A model generated the notes under the pieces. That model saw nothing but the letters and a program-made list of their open reading frames with translations, was not told the DNA's origin and did not search any database. DNA of 36,868 nucleotides. Origin: Nemertoderma westbladi (taxonomy: Eukaryota; Animalia; Xenacoelomorpha). The stretch is from positions 1-36,868 of the forward strand of contig JAUCBJ010005186.1 in the NCBI GenBank assembly GCA_032718475.1. Direction: 5' to 3'. Positions 34,001 to 36,868 of this stretch are shown here, in pieces (position 1 is the stretch's first letter; every line of letters starts with the position of its first letter). Made by a program: the position numbers and the translations under genes.

Positions 34001-36454
34001 CTTAGGGTAGCAGATAGGAGTAGCGCCCAGCCCTACCTTCGGGTAGCAGATAGGAGTAGCGCCCAGCCCTACCTTCGGGTAGCAGATAGGAGTAGCGCCC
34101 AGCCCTACCTTCGGGTAGCAGATAGGAGTAGCGCCCACCCCTACCTTCGGGTAGCAGATAGGAGTAGCGCCCACCCCTACCTTCGGATAGCAGATAGGAG
34201 TAGCGCCCACCCCTACCTTCGGGTAGCAGATAGGAGTAGCGCCCAGCCCTACCTTCGGGTAGCAGATAGGAGTAGCGCCCAGCCCTACCTTCGGGTAGCA
34301 GATAGGAGTAGCGCCCAGCCCTACCTTCGGGTAGCAGATAGGAGTAGCGCCCAGCCCTACCTTCGGGTAGCAGATAGGAGTAGCGCCCACCCCTACCTTA
34401 GGGTAGCAGATAGGAGTAGCGCCCAGCCCTACCTTCGGGTAGCAGATAGGAGTAGCGCCCAGCCCTACCTTCGGGTAGCAGATAGGAGTAGCGCCCAGCC
34501 CTACCTTCGGGTAGCAGATAGGAGTAGCGCCCACCCCTACCTTCGGGTAGCAGATAGGAGTAGCGCCCACCCCTACCTTCGGGTAGCAGATAGGAGTAGC
34601 GCCCAGCCCTACCTTCGGGAAGCAGATAGGAGTAGCGCCCACCCCTACCTTCGGGTAGCAGATAGGAGTAGCGCCCACCCCTACCTTCGGGAAGCAGATA
34701 GGAGTAGCGCTCAGCCCTACCTTCGGGTAGCAGATAGAAGTAGCGCCCAGCCCTACCTTAGGGTAGCAGATAGGAGTAGCGCTCAGCCCTACCTTCGGGT
34801 AGCAGATAGGAGTAGCGCCCACCCCTACCTTCGGGTAGCAGATAGGAGTAGCGCCCACCCCTACCTTCGGGTAGCAGATATGAGTAGCGCCCACCCCTAC
34901 CTTCGGGTAGCAGATAGGAGTAGCGCCCACCCCTACCTTCGGGTTAGCAGATAGGAGTAGCACCCACCCCTACCTTCGGGTAGCAGATATGAGTAGCGCC
35001 CACCCCTATCTTCGGGTAGCAGATAGGAGTAGTGCCCAGCCCTAACTTCGGGTAGCAGATAGGAGTATCGCCCACCCGTACCTTCGGGTAGCAGATAGGA
35101 GGAGCGCCCAGCCCTACCTTAGGGTAGCAGATAGGAGTAGTGCCCAGCCCTACATTCGGGTAGCAGATAGGAGTAGCGCCCAGCCCTACCTTCGGGAAGC
35201 AGATAGGAGTAGCGGCCACCCCTACCTTAGGGTAGCAGATAGGAGTAGCGCCCAGCCCTACCTTCGGGTAGCAGATAGGAGTAGCACCCACCCGTACCTT
35301 CGGGTAGCAGATAGGAGGAGCGCCCAGCCCTACCTTAGGGTAGCAGATAGGAGTAGCACCCACCCGTACCTTCGGGTAGCAGATAGGAGTAGCGCCCAGC
35401 CCTACCTTCGGGAAGCAGATAGGAGTAGCGCCCAGCCCTACCTTAGGGTAGCAGATAGGAGTAGCGCCCAGCCCTACCTTAGGGTAGCAGATAGGAGTAG
35501 TGCCCAGCCCTACCTTCGGGTAGCAGATAGGAGTAGTGCCCAGCCCTACCTTAGGGTAGCAGATAGGAGTAGCGCCCAGCCCTACCTTAGGGTAGCAGAT
35601 AGGAGTAGTGCCCAGCCCTACCTTCGGGTAGCAGATAGGAGTAGCGGCCACCCCTACCTTAGGGTAGCAGATAGGAGTAGTGCCCAGCCCTACCTTCGGG
35701 TAGCAGATAGAAGTAGCGCCCAGCCCTACCTTCGGGTAGCAGATAGGAGTAGCGCCCACCCGTACCTTCGGGTAGCAGATAGGAGTAGCGCCCAGCCCTA
35801 CCCTCGGGTAGCAGATAGGAGTAGCGCCCAGCCCTACCTTCGGGTAGCAGATAGGAGTAGCGCCCAGCCCTACCTTCGGGTAGCAGATAGGAGTAGCGCC
35901 CACCCCTACCTTCGGGTAGCAGATAGGAGTAGCGCCCAGCCCTACCTTCGGGAAGCAGATAGGAGTAGCGCCCACCCGTACCTTCGGGTAGCAGATAGGA
36001 GTAGCGCCCAGCCCTACCTTCGGGTAGCAGATAGGAGTAGCGCCCACCCCTACCTTCGGGTAGCAGATAGGAGTAGCGCCCACCCCTACCTTCGGGTAGC
36101 AGATAGGAGTAGCGGCCACCCCTACCTTAGGGTAGCAGATAGGAGTAGTGCCCAGCCCTACCTTAGGGTAGCAGATAGGAGTAGCGCCCAACCCTACCTT
36201 AGGGTAGCAGATAGGAGTAGTGCCCAGCCCTACCTTAGGGTAGCAGATAGGAGTAGCGCCCACCCCTACCTTCGGGTAGCAGATAGGAGTAGCGCCCACC
36301 CCTACCTTCGGGTAGCAGATAGGAGTAGCGCCCACCCCTACCTTCGGGTAGCAGATAGGAGTAGCGCCCAGCCCTACCTTCGGGTAGCAGATATCGAAAG
36401 AAGAGGAGCCTTCGGGTCGCCTCCGGCTTTGGTCGTCTGTTTGCTTTGCTTGTT
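31046..36454 (+). mobile_element. tRNA-derived SINE split by internal minisatellite expansion (head 31046-31169, tail ~36394-36454)
   Basis: Pol III A box TAGCTCAGTTGG at 31048-31059 and B box GGTTCGAGCCC at 31092-31102. GC-rich sequence continues after the array and ends in a (T)TTGC-type simple tail. Confidence 0.72.
31170..36393 (+). repeat. 36-bp minisatellite GATAGGAGTAGCGCCCAGCCCTACCTTCGGGTAGCA, about 145 units
   Basis: Direct periodicity (12-aa repeat in the ORF track); lies in the SLC23 intron 30451-36710. Confidence 0.98.
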
Positions 36455-36710
36455 AATTAATATACGTCTATAATAGGAACTGTTATCGGTGACTTTGACC
36501 TCAATTGATAAGTTAATTTGATTGGCATCGCATATGCCAGTTGATATTCAGATGTAATTTTGCTTTTAAACCGAATATACTTACTTCATGAAGGGCATAA
36601 CACAGCGCGAAAAATAAATAATGATATAGCCATTGACCGTTAAACGTGCTATTAACTATAAATATAAATTATTAGTAAATTATAAATGATGTTAAATTGT
36701 GTCGTTTCAG

Positions 36711-36813
36711 GAATATTAATGATGATTTTTGGAGCTTTTGGAAAATTTGGAGCAATCTTTGTGACCATTCCTCAACCAATTATAGGAGGGGTGTTTATGG
36801 CAATGTTCGCTAT
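36711..36813 (+). CDS. SLC23A: SLC23/NAT transporter, coding exon 9 (gene continues beyond window)
   Basis: tttcag|GA; (G)ILMMIFGAFGKFGAIFVTIPQPIIGGVFMAMFA; donor gtaagt at 36814, phase 2. Confidence 0.92.
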
Positions 36814-36868
36814 GTAAGTTTATTCTAAAATAATAATAATGGTTCAACGATTGTTTTTGTTGGCGCGA

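Noticed and set aside
30999-36335. ORFs of 287-1005 aa with 12-aa repeats
   Set aside because: Translations of the 36-bp minisatellite on both strands, broken by single-base indels, inside an SLC23 intron.
31170-36393. CRISPR array (36-bp repeat with hairpin)
   Set aside because: Units are contiguous with no unique spacers, there are no cas genes, and the context is a eukaryotic intron. The same applies to the 30- and 32-bp arrays.

Overview
AT-rich, intron-containing animal (probably invertebrate) genomic DNA; nothing here looks prokaryotic. It holds two + strand spliced genes. The first is the 3' end of a MAST-family Ser/Thr kinase: kinase exon 3220-3527 and a 2.46-kb terminal exon 10821-13278 with the AGC C-tail and a PDZ domain. 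The second is most of an SLC23/NAT nucleobase-ascorbate transporter: nine coding exons from 21114 to 36813, running off the window. About 40% of the window is tandem repeat, and nearly all long ORFs in the track are artefacts of those repeats. The main unexplained pattern is that several tandem arrays are amplified copies of the exon-intron junction they touch. A ~6.9-kb array of about 230 units reiterates the MAST exon end plus its GTGAGT donor, and two decayed arrays reiterate SLC23 acceptors plus exon starts. A separate 5.2-kb array has grown inside a tRNA-derived SINE and repeats a cUUCGg hairpin. Several non-autonomous DNA transposons, two near-perfect palindromes and an RTE-type LINE remnant are also visible. 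Coordinates and copy numbers were read by eye; no database searches were run.
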